A DNA stretch of 64,000 nt from positions 1,152,001-1,216,000 of the forward strand of contig CAXXHB010000003.1 of assembly GCA_963664815.2 (NCBI GenBank), given 5' to 3'. Positions within the stretch are counted from its first letter, which is position 1. Every line of letters begins with the position of its first letter. Under the pieces are notes generated by a model. That model worked only from the letters and a program-made list of their open reading frames with translations, was not told where the DNA came from and searched no databases. The position numbers and the translations under genes are program-made. Origin of the DNA: Spirochaetota bacterium. GTDB lineage: Bacteria > Spirochaetota > UBA4802 > UBA5550. Shown here piece after piece: positions 1-8,625 of this stretch.

Positions 1-323
1 ATCTTCATGTACCTGCCGGTGCAACACCGAAAGACGGACCATCTGCAGGGATCACAATGGCAACATCACTGTATTCTCTTGCGAAGAATATGCCGATTAA
101 AAAGAATATTGCAATGACAGGGGAGCTTACCGTAACAGGGAAAGTGCTTCCAATAGGGGGTGTGAAGGAAAAAACAATTGCGGCAAAAAAAGTAAAGGTA
201 AAAACTATTATTTACCCATACGAAAATAAAAAAGATTTTGACGAATTGCCTGACTATATAAAAAAGGGACTGGATGCTCACTTTGTTAATTATTTTGACG
301 AAGTTTTGGATATAGTATATTGA
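1..323 (+). CDS. lon: Lon protease, C-terminal part (5' truncated by window edge)
   Basis: Frame from nt 3 reads [19 protein letters not shown]...AMTGELT...PIGGVKEK, containing the Lon Ser-Lys catalytic dyad motifs. Confidence 0.95.
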   Translation, partial: LHVPAGATPKDGPSAGITMATSLYSLAKNMPIKKNIAMTGELTVTGKVLPIGGVKEKTIAAKKVKVKTIIYPYENKKDFDELPDYIKKGLDAHFVNYFDEVLDIVY

Positions 324-330
324 TGTGCAG

Positions 331-361
331 ATTTCCACTGCCGGATTATGGTAGTGGAAAT
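331..361 (+). terminator. Hairpin/terminator after lon
   Basis: ATTTCCACTGCC-GGATTAT-GGTAGTGGAAAT inverted repeat followed by T-rich sequence. Confidence 0.55.
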
Positions 362-443
362 TTATACTTATAATTTTTTAACTTTTTTTGTTGACATTAA
401 ATTACTCTGATATATTTAGTCTTCTATAAGTTAAAGTGCCAAT

Positions 444-526
444 GCCCAGGTGGTGGAATTGGTAGACACGCATGGTTGAGGGCCATGTGGGAATTTCTCG
501 TGTGGGTTCAAGTCCCGCTCTGGGCA
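444..526 (+). tRNA. tRNA-Leu (GAG), CCA not encoded
   Basis: GCCCAGG/TCTGGGC acceptor stem, TGGTGGAATTGGTAGACAC D-arm, CATGG-TTGAGGG-CCATG anticodon arm, long variable arm, GGTTCAAGTCC T-arm. Confidence 0.96.
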
Positions 527-531
527 CATTT

Positions 532-567
532 AAAGGCTGCTGATGTAAATCGGGCAGCCTTTTTTTT
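532..567 (+). terminator. Rho-independent terminator after tRNA-Leu
   Basis: AAAGGCTGC...GCAGCCTTT stem followed by a T run. Confidence 0.8.
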
Positions 568-572
568 ATTGT

Positions 573-611
573 GAAACGAAAACCACCCGATACGCAGGTG
601 GTTTTCGTTTC
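573..611. repeat. Perfect 15-bp inverted repeat
   Basis: GAAACGAAAACCACC-9 nt-GGTGGTTTTCGTTTC. Confidence 0.8.
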
Positions 612-685
612 TGGTTTTTTTGATATCTTTGTTATAATTGAAAATATCTGCGGATATATTATCATATATTATAAGGAAGCTTTTA

Positions 686-1099
686 ATGGAAAGAACGCTA
701 TCAATAATTAAACCGGATGGAGTAAGAAAGAATATTGTCGGAGAAATTATAAAGAGATTTGAGTCTGCCGGTTTGAGGCTGGCAGCGATAAAAAAGATTC
801 ATATGTCAAAAGCTGATGCAGAGGGATTTTATTATGTACATAAAGACAAATCTTTCTATGAGGAACTGACTGAATTCATGTCAGATGGACCGGTTGTGGT
901 AATGGTTCTGGAAGGTGATAATGCAATTGTACTGAACAGAAAGTTAATGGGTGCAACCAATTTCAGGGAGGCGGAACCTGGTACTATCAGAGCTGATTTT
1001 GCTACAAGTATACAGTTTAATATTGTTCATGGATCTGATGCTCCTGAAACTGCTGCATCTGAAATTGGTTATTTTTTCTCAGTAACAGAGATATTTTAA
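686..1099 (+). CDS. ndk: Nucleoside diphosphate kinase
   Basis: [13 protein letters not shown]...GTIRADF...NIVHGSD; start moved to ATG 686 after an AAGGA RBS. Confidence 0.97.
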   Translation: MERTLSIIKPDGVRKNIVGEIIKRFESAGLRLAAIKKIHMSKADAEGFYYVHKDKSFYEELTEFMSDGPVVVMVLEGDNAIVLNRKLMGATNFREAEPGTIRADFATSIQFNIVHGSDAPETAASEIGYFFSVTEIF

Positions 1100-1122
1100 C
1101 GTTTCATGTGGAGGTTCTGATT

Positions 1123-1527
1123 TTGAAAAGATTGCTGATTCTGATTATGCTTACAGGATGCGCAGGTACACTAAACCATGACGTTAAAAACCTCTCACCA
1201 TTAACCGGAATCTGGACATATAATAACTGTTCAATAAAAAATACTTCAGTAAACGGTACAGCTGAATTCAGAGATAATGGAGAACTGGTGTTAAAGATAA
1301 AGGCACGGGATGATTATCCTGTGAAAAACAATTTTAGTGGAAAATATAAGTACTTTACAGAGGGTAACCGGATAAAAACTGATTACCCGGGGGGATATGG
1401 TATTGATGAATATTTCCTGATTGAGGGGGAGTATCTTTATTTTTCGGGAACAGCTATTGACAGATTAATTGAAGAACCGGAAAAATACAGATATAACTGG
1501 ACATACAAATTAAAAAGGAAAAAATAA
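1123..1527 (+). CDS. Hypothetical lipoprotein (small beta-rich, possibly lipocalin-like)
   Basis: GGAGG RBS then TTG; MKRLLILIMLTG-C lipobox; LTGIW motif. Confidence 0.7.
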   Translation: MKRLLILIMLTGCAGTLNHDVKNLSPLTGIWTYNNCSIKNTSVNGTAEFRDNGELVLKIKARDDYPVKNNFSGKYKYFTEGNRIKTDYPGGYGIDEYFLIEGEYLYFSGTAIDRLIEEPEKYRYNWTYKLKRKK

Positions 1528-1571
1528 AAAAAGACTACCGGAATATTATTTCAATTTGATGTTAAAGACGT

Positions 1572-1603
1572 TAAAAAAGCAGCCTGTTATGGCTGCTTTT
1601 TTA
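1572..1603. terminator. Bidirectional terminator
   Basis: AAAAAAGCAGCC-TGTTAT-GGCTGCTTTTTT between convergent genes. Confidence 0.85.
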
Positions 1604-1623
1604 TGATAATAATTTTCAAATGA

Positions 1624-2841
1624 CTATTCCTGTGAATAACCGTCAACAAATTCGGCGAATCGCTTTGCCACAAGCTTCATTTCATCTAACGGGGGCAGAA
1701 ACACAACGCGGAAATGATCGGGGTGCGGCCAGTTGAATCCCGTGCCCTGAACAAGCATTACTTTTTTCTGTTTAAGAAAATCGAGTACAAACTGGGCGTC
1801 GTTTTTTACCGTGATTTTTTTCAAATCAATTTTCGGGAACAGGTACATCCCCCCCATAGGTTTTACGCATGAAATACCGGGGATTGAATTAAAAAGTTCA
1901 TACGAAAAATTTCTTTGCTCATATAATCTGCCGCCCGGCGAAGTCAGTTCATATATACTCTGGTATCCGCCTATTGCTGTCTGTACCGCATACTGGGCAG
2001 GCATATTGGAACATAGTCTCATGGATGCGAGAATTCCAAGACCTTCAATAAAATCTTTTGCGTTATCCTTCTTTCCGCTTATTGACATCCACCCGACGCG
2101 GAACCCGCATAAGCGATGCGATTTGGAAAGGCCATTCATTGTTATAAAAAGAGTTTCGTCTGAAAGTGACGCTGCAGGTGTATGAGGTATATCGTCATAT
2201 TTAACCCTGTCGTATATTTCATCTGCAAATACAATAAGTTCATTCTTAACTGCTATTTCGACAATTTTTTCAACAATCTCTTTCGGATAGACCGCTCCAG
2301 TAGGATTGTTGGGATTAATAAGAACAATTGCCCTTGTTCTGGAGGTTATCTTGCTCTCGATATCATTAATATCCGGATACCAAAGACTCGACTCATCGCA
2401 GAGATAGTGTACGGCCTTTCCTCCGGCAAGATTTGCTGCGCCGGTCCATAGGGGGTAATCAGGCATGGGAACGAGAATCTCATCGCCGTTATTCAGGAGT
2501 CCCTGCATGCACATCACTATAAGTTCGCTGACGCCGTTACCTATAATAATATCTTCAATTGTTACTCCATTGATACCTTTAAGCTGACAGTCCTGCATTA
2601 TAGCCTTACGGGCCGCGAAGAGTCCTTTCGAATCGCCATAGGCTTCAGCATGGCGGAGATTTACAATTACATCCTGGATTATCTCATCCGGTGCATAAAG
2701 ACCGAATGCAGAAGGATTCCCTGTGTTAAGTTTTATGATAGTATGACCTTCCCGTTCCAGCCGCGCGGCTTCCTGAACTATCGGGCCGCGTATATCATAA
2801 AATACGTTATCAAGTTTACTGGATTTTCTTATGTCTTTCAC
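1624..2841 (-). CDS. alaA: Alanine transaminase (class I PLP aminotransferase)
   Basis: KSSKLDNVFYDIRGP N-terminus, INPNNPTG, ADEIYD, NGLSKSHRLCGFRVGW PLP-Lys motif, SMRLC. Confidence 0.92.
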   Translation of the reverse strand: MKDIRKSSKLDNVFYDIRGPIVQEAARLEREGHTIIKLNTGNPSAFGLYAPDEIIQDVIVNLRHAEAYGDSKGLFAARKAIMQDCQLKGINGVTIEDIIIGNGVSELIVMCMQGLLNNGDEILVPMPDYPLWTGAANLAGGKAVHYLCDESSLWYPDINDIESKITSRTRAIVLINPNNPTGAVYPKEIVEKIVEIAVKNELIVFADEIYDRVKYDDIPHTPAASLSDETLFITMNGLSKSHRLCGFRVGWMSISGKKDNAKDFIEGLGILASMRLCSNMPAQYAVQTAIGGYQSIYELTSPGGRLYEQRNFSYELFNSIPGISCVKPMGGMYLFPKIDLKKITVKNDAQFVLDFLKQKKVMLVQGTGFNWPHPDHFRVVFLPPLDEMKLVAKRFAEFVDGYSQE

Positions 2842-3379
2842 TTCTTCCTCCTGCTTATGTATATCAATATGTAATCATATTATTCATTCAGGTTCATTTT
2901 ACAACTCTGACTTCAGAAACAATAATAAATCAACTGAGATTTGCTGAATAAATTTTGTCAAGAATGATAACTGATATTTTTTCTGCAGATCGGTCAATTC
3001 ATGTTATTATTGAATTATAAATTTTGAAACAAACTGAATGTTGCTGTATAGAAATTCACAGATGATATTATCAGGATAAATTCCCGAAATCTCTGTAATA
3101 AACAATTAAATATCTTCACACCGGGCAGATAATGATTCAACGATCATCTTTTTTATGAAAAATGGAGAAAACGGCATTTTGGAATATGTTGTTGAGAAGA
3201 TTAGAGGGGAAAAAGATATAATGAAAGTAATAAACTCCGTTAATATTAAACTGAATTGTGTTTAAATGGCCTGTTTATATTCGAAAATACCTGGTAAGTC
3301 TGCATAATTTGGCATAAAACCAGGAAATTGTTAATTGACAAAGATTACAGTATAAATTATCAGGTATTCTAATGTCTGT

Positions 3380-3464
3380 GGAAAGGTGTCCGAGCGGCCA
3401 AAGGAGCACGGTTGGAAGCCGTGTGTTGCGAAAGTGACCGTGGGTTCGAATCCCACCCTTTCCG
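3380..3464 (+). tRNA. tRNA-Ser (GGA), CCA not encoded
   Basis: GGAAAGG/CCTTTCC acceptor stem, CACGG-TTGGAAG-CCGTG anticodon arm, long variable arm, GGTTCGAATCC T-arm, G discriminator. Confidence 0.96.
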
Positions 3465-3497
3465 AATAAAAAATAACTCCGGGCTGATCAGTGAAAT

Positions 3498-5177
3498 ATG
3501 TCATACCAGGTAATAGCCAGAAAGTGGAGACCTCAGACTTTCGGTGAAGTCGTCTTCCAGGATCATGTTTCTAAAACAATTCAAAACAGCATTAATCAGG
3601 GGAGAATTACCCATGCCTATCTGTTTTCCGGCCCACGCGGTGTCGGCAAGACAACCATGGCAAGAATCCTTGCTAAAGCCCTGAATTGTGTTGAAGGTCC
3701 TACTCCGAGTCCATGCGGTGTATGTGAAAACTGTGTGGAAATAAAACAGGGAATATCCTTCGATGTTATAGAAATCGACGGAGCTTCAAACAACGGAATA
3801 GACAATATCCGTGAACTTCGCGAAAATGTAAATTTTGCCCCTGCCAAGTCAAAATACAAGATATACATAATAGATGAAGTACATATGGTTACCACACAGG
3901 CTTTCAATGCGCTGCTGAAAACGCTGGAGGAACCGCCGCCGCATGTGATTTTTATTCTTGCTACAACAGAGATGCATAAAATTCCCGAGACAATTCTTTC
4001 CCGCTGCCAGAAATATTTCTTTAAAAAAATACCTGTAGACAGAGTGGTTGAACATCTTCGAAATATAGTAAAGAAAGAGGGGTATAAAATCTCTGAAAAT
4101 GCGCTTTTCCCGGTTGCGCGTATTGCAGATGGTTCCATGAGGGACGCACAGTCCCTGCTTGAACAGGTTATTTCATTTTCAGGTCTTGCAACAGGTATGG
4201 ATACAGAGATTTCAGAGGAGGACGCTCTTTCAATCATGGGGGTTGTCCCCACTGAAAGTTATATTCGTATAATGGATCTTATCGCGGAAGCCGATGGTAA
4301 GGGACTGATGTCCGAAGTTGAAAAAATAGTGTCGATGGGAATAGACATTTCAAGATACTCCTCCGGCCTTATCGAGGTTATAAGATCACTCCGGCTGATA
4401 AACAGTGGTGTTGAGATACAGGGAATACTCGGCCTGTCTGAGGAGGAGATGAAATCCTTAAGAAATGTCGCTGTTAAATTCAATGATGAAGAGCTTGGCC
4501 GGTTTTTTATGTACTGTGCTGAACTTGTAAAAAATCTGAGATTTTCCGGAAATGACAGGGTTTATCTGGAAATGACTCTTCTTGATATGGTTTCTATAAG
4601 GAAAACTCCATCTATAGCTGCAATTATAAAGTACCTGGAGAACAGTGCGGCGAATACATCTTCGTTATATATGAGCAATGATGATAAAAAAGATGATAAA
4701 AGTGCAAAATCAGGTATAAAAGAGAATATTAAAAAACCGGCCGATATAAATGTGGTCTGGAACCAATTTCTTGAAGAGCTTGAGGTAAAAAAAGATAAAC
4801 TATTCTTTATTTTACGTCCAGCTAAGGCAGTGTTCAGTTCGGGAGTGCTTACTCTTCAATATCCTGATGGTTTAAATAGATCAAACTATAATGAGATTCT
4901 TGATTCTGATGTATTAAAAAGCATAGAAGAGCGGTTTTCTTCCATGTTCGGATCAACGGTGACCATTAAAAGCGGAATACCATTGGCTGTATCAGTAAGA
5001 GAAACTATTAAGGAACCGATTGAGGCTGGTGAAAATGGAGAGGATGATAATTTAGCGCCTCTTACAGAAGCTGAAATGATTTTAAATCCTGAAAAGGAGG
5101 ATTATAGTATTGAAAGTCATGCAGTCACAAAGCTTCAGAATGCGTTTCATGGACAGATAATAAAAAAAGGAGAATAA
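3498..5177 (+). CDS. dnaX: DNA polymerase III subunit gamma/tau
   Basis: ARKWRPQTF, GPRGVGKTT, C4 zinc motif, EIDGASN, IIDEVHM, SRC. Confidence 0.97.
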   Translation: MSYQVIARKWRPQTFGEVVFQDHVSKTIQNSINQGRITHAYLFSGPRGVGKTTMARILAKALNCVEGPTPSPCGVCENCVEIKQGISFDVIEIDGASNNGIDNIRELRENVNFAPAKSKYKIYIIDEVHMVTTQAFNALLKTLEEPPPHVIFILATTEMHKIPETILSRCQKYFFKKIPVDRVVEHLRNIVKKEGYKISENALFPVARIADGSMRDAQSLLEQVISFSGLATGMDTEISEEDALSIMGVVPTESYIRIMDLIAEADGKGLMSEVEKIVSMGIDISRYSSGLIEVIRSLRLINSGVEIQGILGLSEEEMKSLRNVAVKFNDEELGRFFMYCAELVKNLRFSGNDRVYLEMTLLDMVSIRKTPSIAAIIKYLENSAANTSSLYMSNDDKKDDKSAKSGIKENIKKPADINVVWNQFLEELEVKKDKLFFILRPAKAVFSSGVLTLQYPDGLNRSNYNEILDSDVLKSIEERFSSMFGSTVTIKSGIPLAVSVRETIKEPIEAGENGEDDNLAPLTEAEMILNPEKEDYSIESHAVTKLQNAFHGQIIKKGE

Positions 5178-5179
5178 TT

Positions 5180-5494
5180 ATGTTAAAGGGACTTGGTGAT
5201 ATCGGTCAGCTGATGAAAATGCAGAAAGAGATGAAAAACATCCAGAAGAAAATCCAGAAGGCAAAGATTGAAGGGGAAAGCTCTGATGGGAGTGTCAAAG
5301 CTACAGTAAATGGCGAATTCAGCCTTCTCGATATATCTATCAGTGAGAATCTTGTAAAAGCGGGGGATGCAAAGAAGGTGGAGAAGATGGTATACTCCGC
5401 AGTTAACGATGCAGTGAATAAAGCGAGGGATTTTGCCGCGGAAGAGATGAAGGCAATTGCCGGCGGTATGGACCTTGGCTCAATGTTCAAATAG
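5180..5494 (+). CDS. ybaB: YbaB/EbfC nucleoid-associated protein
   Basis: Size, sequence pattern and dnaX-ybaB-recR synteny. Confidence 0.93.
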   Translation: MLKGLGDIGQLMKMQKEMKNIQKKIQKAKIEGESSDGSVKATVNGEFSLLDISISENLVKAGDAKKVEKMVYSAVNDAVNKARDFAAEEMKAIAGGMDLGSMFK

Positions 5495-5506
5495 AGGCGG
5501 GTTATT

Positions 5507-6106
5507 TTGACCTCTCCATCAGTATATCTGGACAGAGTTACAAGAGAACTCTCAAAACTTCCCGGGATAGGGAATAAAAGCGCTTCAAGGATAGCATTTC
5601 ATCTTCTGAAAATGGGACGTCCTGATGTTGAGAGTATTGCCGCATCAATGATAGATCTGAAAAACAACATCAGGGCATGTGTTGAATGCGGCGGTATCTC
5701 CGATATGGAGGTCTGCTCAATATGCTCTGATGCAGGAAGGAATCGAGGAATGCTCTGCGTTGTAGAAGGGGCAAGAGATGTGCTGAATATTGAGGCCTCG
5801 GGAGAGTTTAAAGGCCTTTATCATGTGCTCTCGGGTCTTATATCTCCGCTTGATGGCATAGGTCCGGAAGACCTTAACATAAGTGCGCTGGTTAAAAAAT
5901 GCGCTGCAGGGGGCTTTGATGAAATTATTATGGCTTTGAGTCCAACAATTGAAGGCGACGCGACTACACTCTATCTTGCTTCACTGATTTCGCCTTTCGG
6001 TATTAAAGTAACAAGAATAGCTCATGGACTACCGGTGGGCTCAGATCTTGAGTATGTGGACTGCGCCACAATAGCCAAATCAATAGCAGGGAGGGTGATA
6101 ATCTGA
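5507..6106 (+). CDS. recR: Recombination mediator RecR
   Basis: LPGIGNKSASRIAFHL HhH, C4 zinc finger, GLISPLDGIGP, TRIAHGLPVGSDLEY Toprim. Confidence 0.97.
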   Translation: MTSPSVYLDRVTRELSKLPGIGNKSASRIAFHLLKMGRPDVESIAASMIDLKNNIRACVECGGISDMEVCSICSDAGRNRGMLCVVEGARDVLNIEASGEFKGLYHVLSGLISPLDGIGPEDLNISALVKKCAAGGFDEIIMALSPTIEGDATTLYLASLISPFGIKVTRIAHGLPVGSDLEYVDCATIAKSIAGRVII

Positions 6107-6121
6107 TTATATTGTTATCTT

Positions 6122-7447
6122 CTATTTCTTCTCTCTCTTTTTTTTCCCTTCTATATGAATGATTATTGGAAGTCCTTCAAGATCAAAAGCCTTCTGAAGC
6201 TCCTTTTCGAAGTATCTTACTACATCTTTTTTGAAAAAATCAGCATTATTGACAAAGAATTTGAATTGAGGCGGGATTGTATCGATCTGAACCGCGTAAT
6301 ATACCTTTATCTTCTCTCCAAGCTGTGGGATCCTTCCAAAGCTTTTAATGTTTCCCATCACTCTGTTGAGTGTTGGAGTGTCAATCCGCCTGTTTGCTCT
6401 CTCCTTTAAAAGTATTGCATTCTCCAGAAGCTTGTTGATTCTTTGTTTTTCCTTCGCAGAGATGGAGATTATAGGGAAGTCGCCTGCTTTATAGAACTTG
6501 AAAATGAGTTTTTCTTTGAATGCATCGAAGGTTTTATGGTCTTTATCGACTGCATCCCACTTGTTGACCGCTATTATAATTGGTTTTTTCGCCTTTAATA
6601 TTTCATCCGATATTTTTTTATCGTTTTCAGTCAAACCCATGGTGGCATCAATGAGATGTATAACGACGTCACATCTGTGAATTGATTCGACAGTACGGGT
6701 GAAAGAGTAATACTCGATATCTTCAGTGATTTTACTCTTCTTTCTTATGCCTGCAGTGTCGATGATCTGTACATTTTTGCCGTAATATGTGAACATGTCA
6801 TCGACTGAATCTCTTGTTGTACCGGGTATATCGGAGACAACAGAGCGCTCAAAGCCCATGAAGGCGTTTAAAAGTGTCGATTTACCGGAGTTTGGCCGCC
6901 CTACTATTGCAATTTTAAGGTCTGGTTCCGGTATTGAAGTCTTTTGTGACGGCAACAACCTTATTATATTGTCGAGCAAAAGGTTAATATTGAATCTCCG
7001 CGTGGCGGAAACTGGTATTACTTCGGTCATTCCCATTTCGTAAAAGTTGGTCATTACTTCCAGTTGATCGCCATTATCCATCTTGTTTACGGCAATAATT
7101 GCCGGTTTTGACATTTTTCTTACAATATTGGCCAGATCATAGTCAAAAGAAGAGGGAGCCGGGTACTCCATAAGAAATAAAATTACATCTGTTTTTTCTA
7201 AATGCTTATTTGCATTGTCTATGATGGTGTCTGAAAGCTCGGAAGCGGAGGAAAGGTCAAGCCCCGGAGTATCTGAAAGTATGAAGCTCACTCCGTTGTA
7301 TGCCATATTGTTCGATATAACATCGCGTGTAAGTCCGGGGAATGGGTCAACAATGGACTTTTTGTCCCTGATAAGGGTGTTGAACAGGGTTGATTTCCCG
7401 ACATTCTGTCTTCCAACTATTGATACAACGGGCAGTTTCGTTGACAT
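6122..7447 (-). CDS. der: Ribosome biogenesis GTPase Der (EngA)
   Basis: Tandem GTPase domains GRQNVGKS / GRPNSGKS, DTPG/DTAG, NKMD/NKWD; start at MSTKLP after GGAG. Confidence 0.97.
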   Translation of the reverse strand: MSTKLPVVSIVGRQNVGKSTLFNTLIRDKKSIVDPFPGLTRDVISNNMAYNGVSFILSDTPGLDLSSASELSDTIIDNANKHLEKTDVILFLMEYPAPSSFDYDLANIVRKMSKPAIIAVNKMDNGDQLEVMTNFYEMGMTEVIPVSATRRFNINLLLDNIIRLLPSQKTSIPEPDLKIAIVGRPNSGKSTLLNAFMGFERSVVSDIPGTTRDSVDDMFTYYGKNVQIIDTAGIRKKSKITEDIEYYSFTRTVESIHRCDVVIHLIDATMGLTENDKKISDEILKAKKPIIIAVNKWDAVDKDHKTFDAFKEKLIFKFYKAGDFPIISISAKEKQRINKLLENAILLKERANRRIDTPTLNRVMGNIKSFGRIPQLGEKIKVYYAVQIDTIPPQFKFFVNNADFFKKDVVRYFEKELQKAFDLEGLPIIIHIEGKKKREKK

Positions 7448-7572
7448 TGATACTCCTTCGGGCCGTGTGCGGCACATATCATCCGGTTTTTAACGCTATT
7501 TTAAGAAAAAAACAGCACACAATTACAGTCAATACATTAATATAATATATTTTTTTCAAATAAAATTAAAAT

Positions 7573-8079
7573 TGCGGGTAATTATATTAACAGTCGATTC
7601 GGGGCTCAGATGTTGTTATTTTTACAATAAATACATTAGTCGGTATCAATAAATGGTGTTCTGCATCCGGTTATTTTTGTAAAACATCGGTTCCGCAAGG
7701 TGGAAGTTGTCCATTTTAAGACAAATTAAGGCGTTGATACCGACCATTGGAGTTCAATAGCCTGTGATAATTGCAAAAACGTTATTTCCGCTGGGTGGAA
7801 ATCGCATATTTTACTGAAAATATAGTAGTTGTTGCCAACAATTGGTGCCCGGCAGACGGTGATAGTTGTAAAACACAAACACAGGAAGGCTGAAGTTGTC
7901 CATTTTATGATAAATTCAGACGCTGATACCGATCTTTGGAGCTCAATAACCTGTGATAATTGCGAAAACATCATCTCCGAAGGGTGGATTTAGCGTACTT
8001 AACCGAAATATATGTGTTGTTATCGGCAATTGGGGTTCAATAATTGGTGATAAGTATCTATAATGCACGATCTTCAGGC
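7573..8079. repeat. Degenerate tandem repeat, 189-bp unit, about 2.6 copies
   Basis: GAAGTTGTCCATTTTA at 7703 and 7892 (189 apart); shared TGATACCGA, CCTGTGATAATTGC, GGGTGGA; an older partial copy (7573-7702) aligns without gaps. Confidence 0.85.
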
Positions 8080-8138
8080 ATCAGATTGGTGGTGAAGACA
8101 CTGTTCTGAACTTTTTAATGAGTAATTAAAAAAAAATT

Positions 8139-8165
8139 TAAGCTCGATGTTTGTTGAACCGATAT
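8139..8165 (+). promoter_or_regulatory. Sigma-28-like promoter
   Basis: TAAG-N15-ACCGATAT versus consensus TAAA-N15-GCCGATAA. Confidence 0.45.
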
Positions 8166-8212
8166 TTTATGTGAGATTATTGATGCTGTTATACGATTTT
8201 TTTATTTTTTAC

Positions 8213-8240
8213 TTGCATTAATAATAGTTCTATGTATTAT
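8213..8240 (+). promoter_or_regulatory. Sigma-70-like promoter of the basic protein gene
   Basis: TTGCAT-16 nt-TATTAT. Confidence 0.45.
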
Positions 8241-8287
8241 TAAATTAATTTTGAATTATTTTAAAAAAAAATTTGAGGTGTGTTTTT

Positions 8288-8491
8288 ATGGCAAGCGCTA
8301 AACAACTGGAGAATACCATCAAGAGGAAGAACGAGAAGGTAGCTAAGCTTCAGAAAGAAGTAAAGCTCGAGACTGCAGCAATAGCTAAACTTAAAAGTGA
8401 TTTAGTTGTTGAAAAGAAAAAAGAAGCTGAAGCAAAAGCTAAAGCAAAGCCTAAAGCCAAAGCTAAAGCCAAAGCTAAAGCTAAGAAATAA
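8288..8491 (+). CDS. Small Lys/Ala-rich histone H1-like protein (67 aa)
   Basis: GAGGTG RBS, ATG 8288; coiled-coil N-terminus plus AKAKAKPKAKAKAKAKAKK tail; has its own terminator. Confidence 0.85.
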   Translation: MASAKQLENTIKRKNEKVAKLQKEVKLETAAIAKLKSDLVVEKKKEAEAKAKAKPKAKAKAKAKAKK

Positions 8492-8508
8492 TCTGTTTTT
8501 TATTTCTT

Positions 8509-8542
8509 AAAAAAAGAGGGATTTCTCCCTCTTTTTTTTTTT
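8509..8542 (+). terminator. Rho-independent terminator
   Basis: AAAAAAAGAGGG-ATTTCT-CCCTCTTTTTTTTTTT. Confidence 0.88.
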
Positions 8543-8625
8543 CTGTTGAATTTATTATTGAAAAAAAAAGTATGTTTTGTTATAAAGAATGACTGATAAG
8601 TAGATATGTATATCGAGGTAGCAAG

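Noticed and set aside
3465-3497. SRP RNA (ffs) expected between tRNA-Ser and dnaX
   Set aside because: Only 33 nt are available and no SRP domain IV motif is present
4683-4697. A6 run in dnaX with a nearby -1 frame stop (possible gamma frameshift)
   Set aside because: Phase is T_AAA_AAA, not A_AAA_AAG; no clear stimulatory hairpin; such runs are common in AT-rich DNA
7726-7974. 82-aa minus-strand ORF in the repeat
   Set aside because: Same frame has stops in neighbouring copies; no RBS; substitutions are mostly non-synonymous
7703-8079. Repeat pair as a DGR template/variable repeat
   Set aside because: Differences are not adenine-specific and there is no reverse transcriptase
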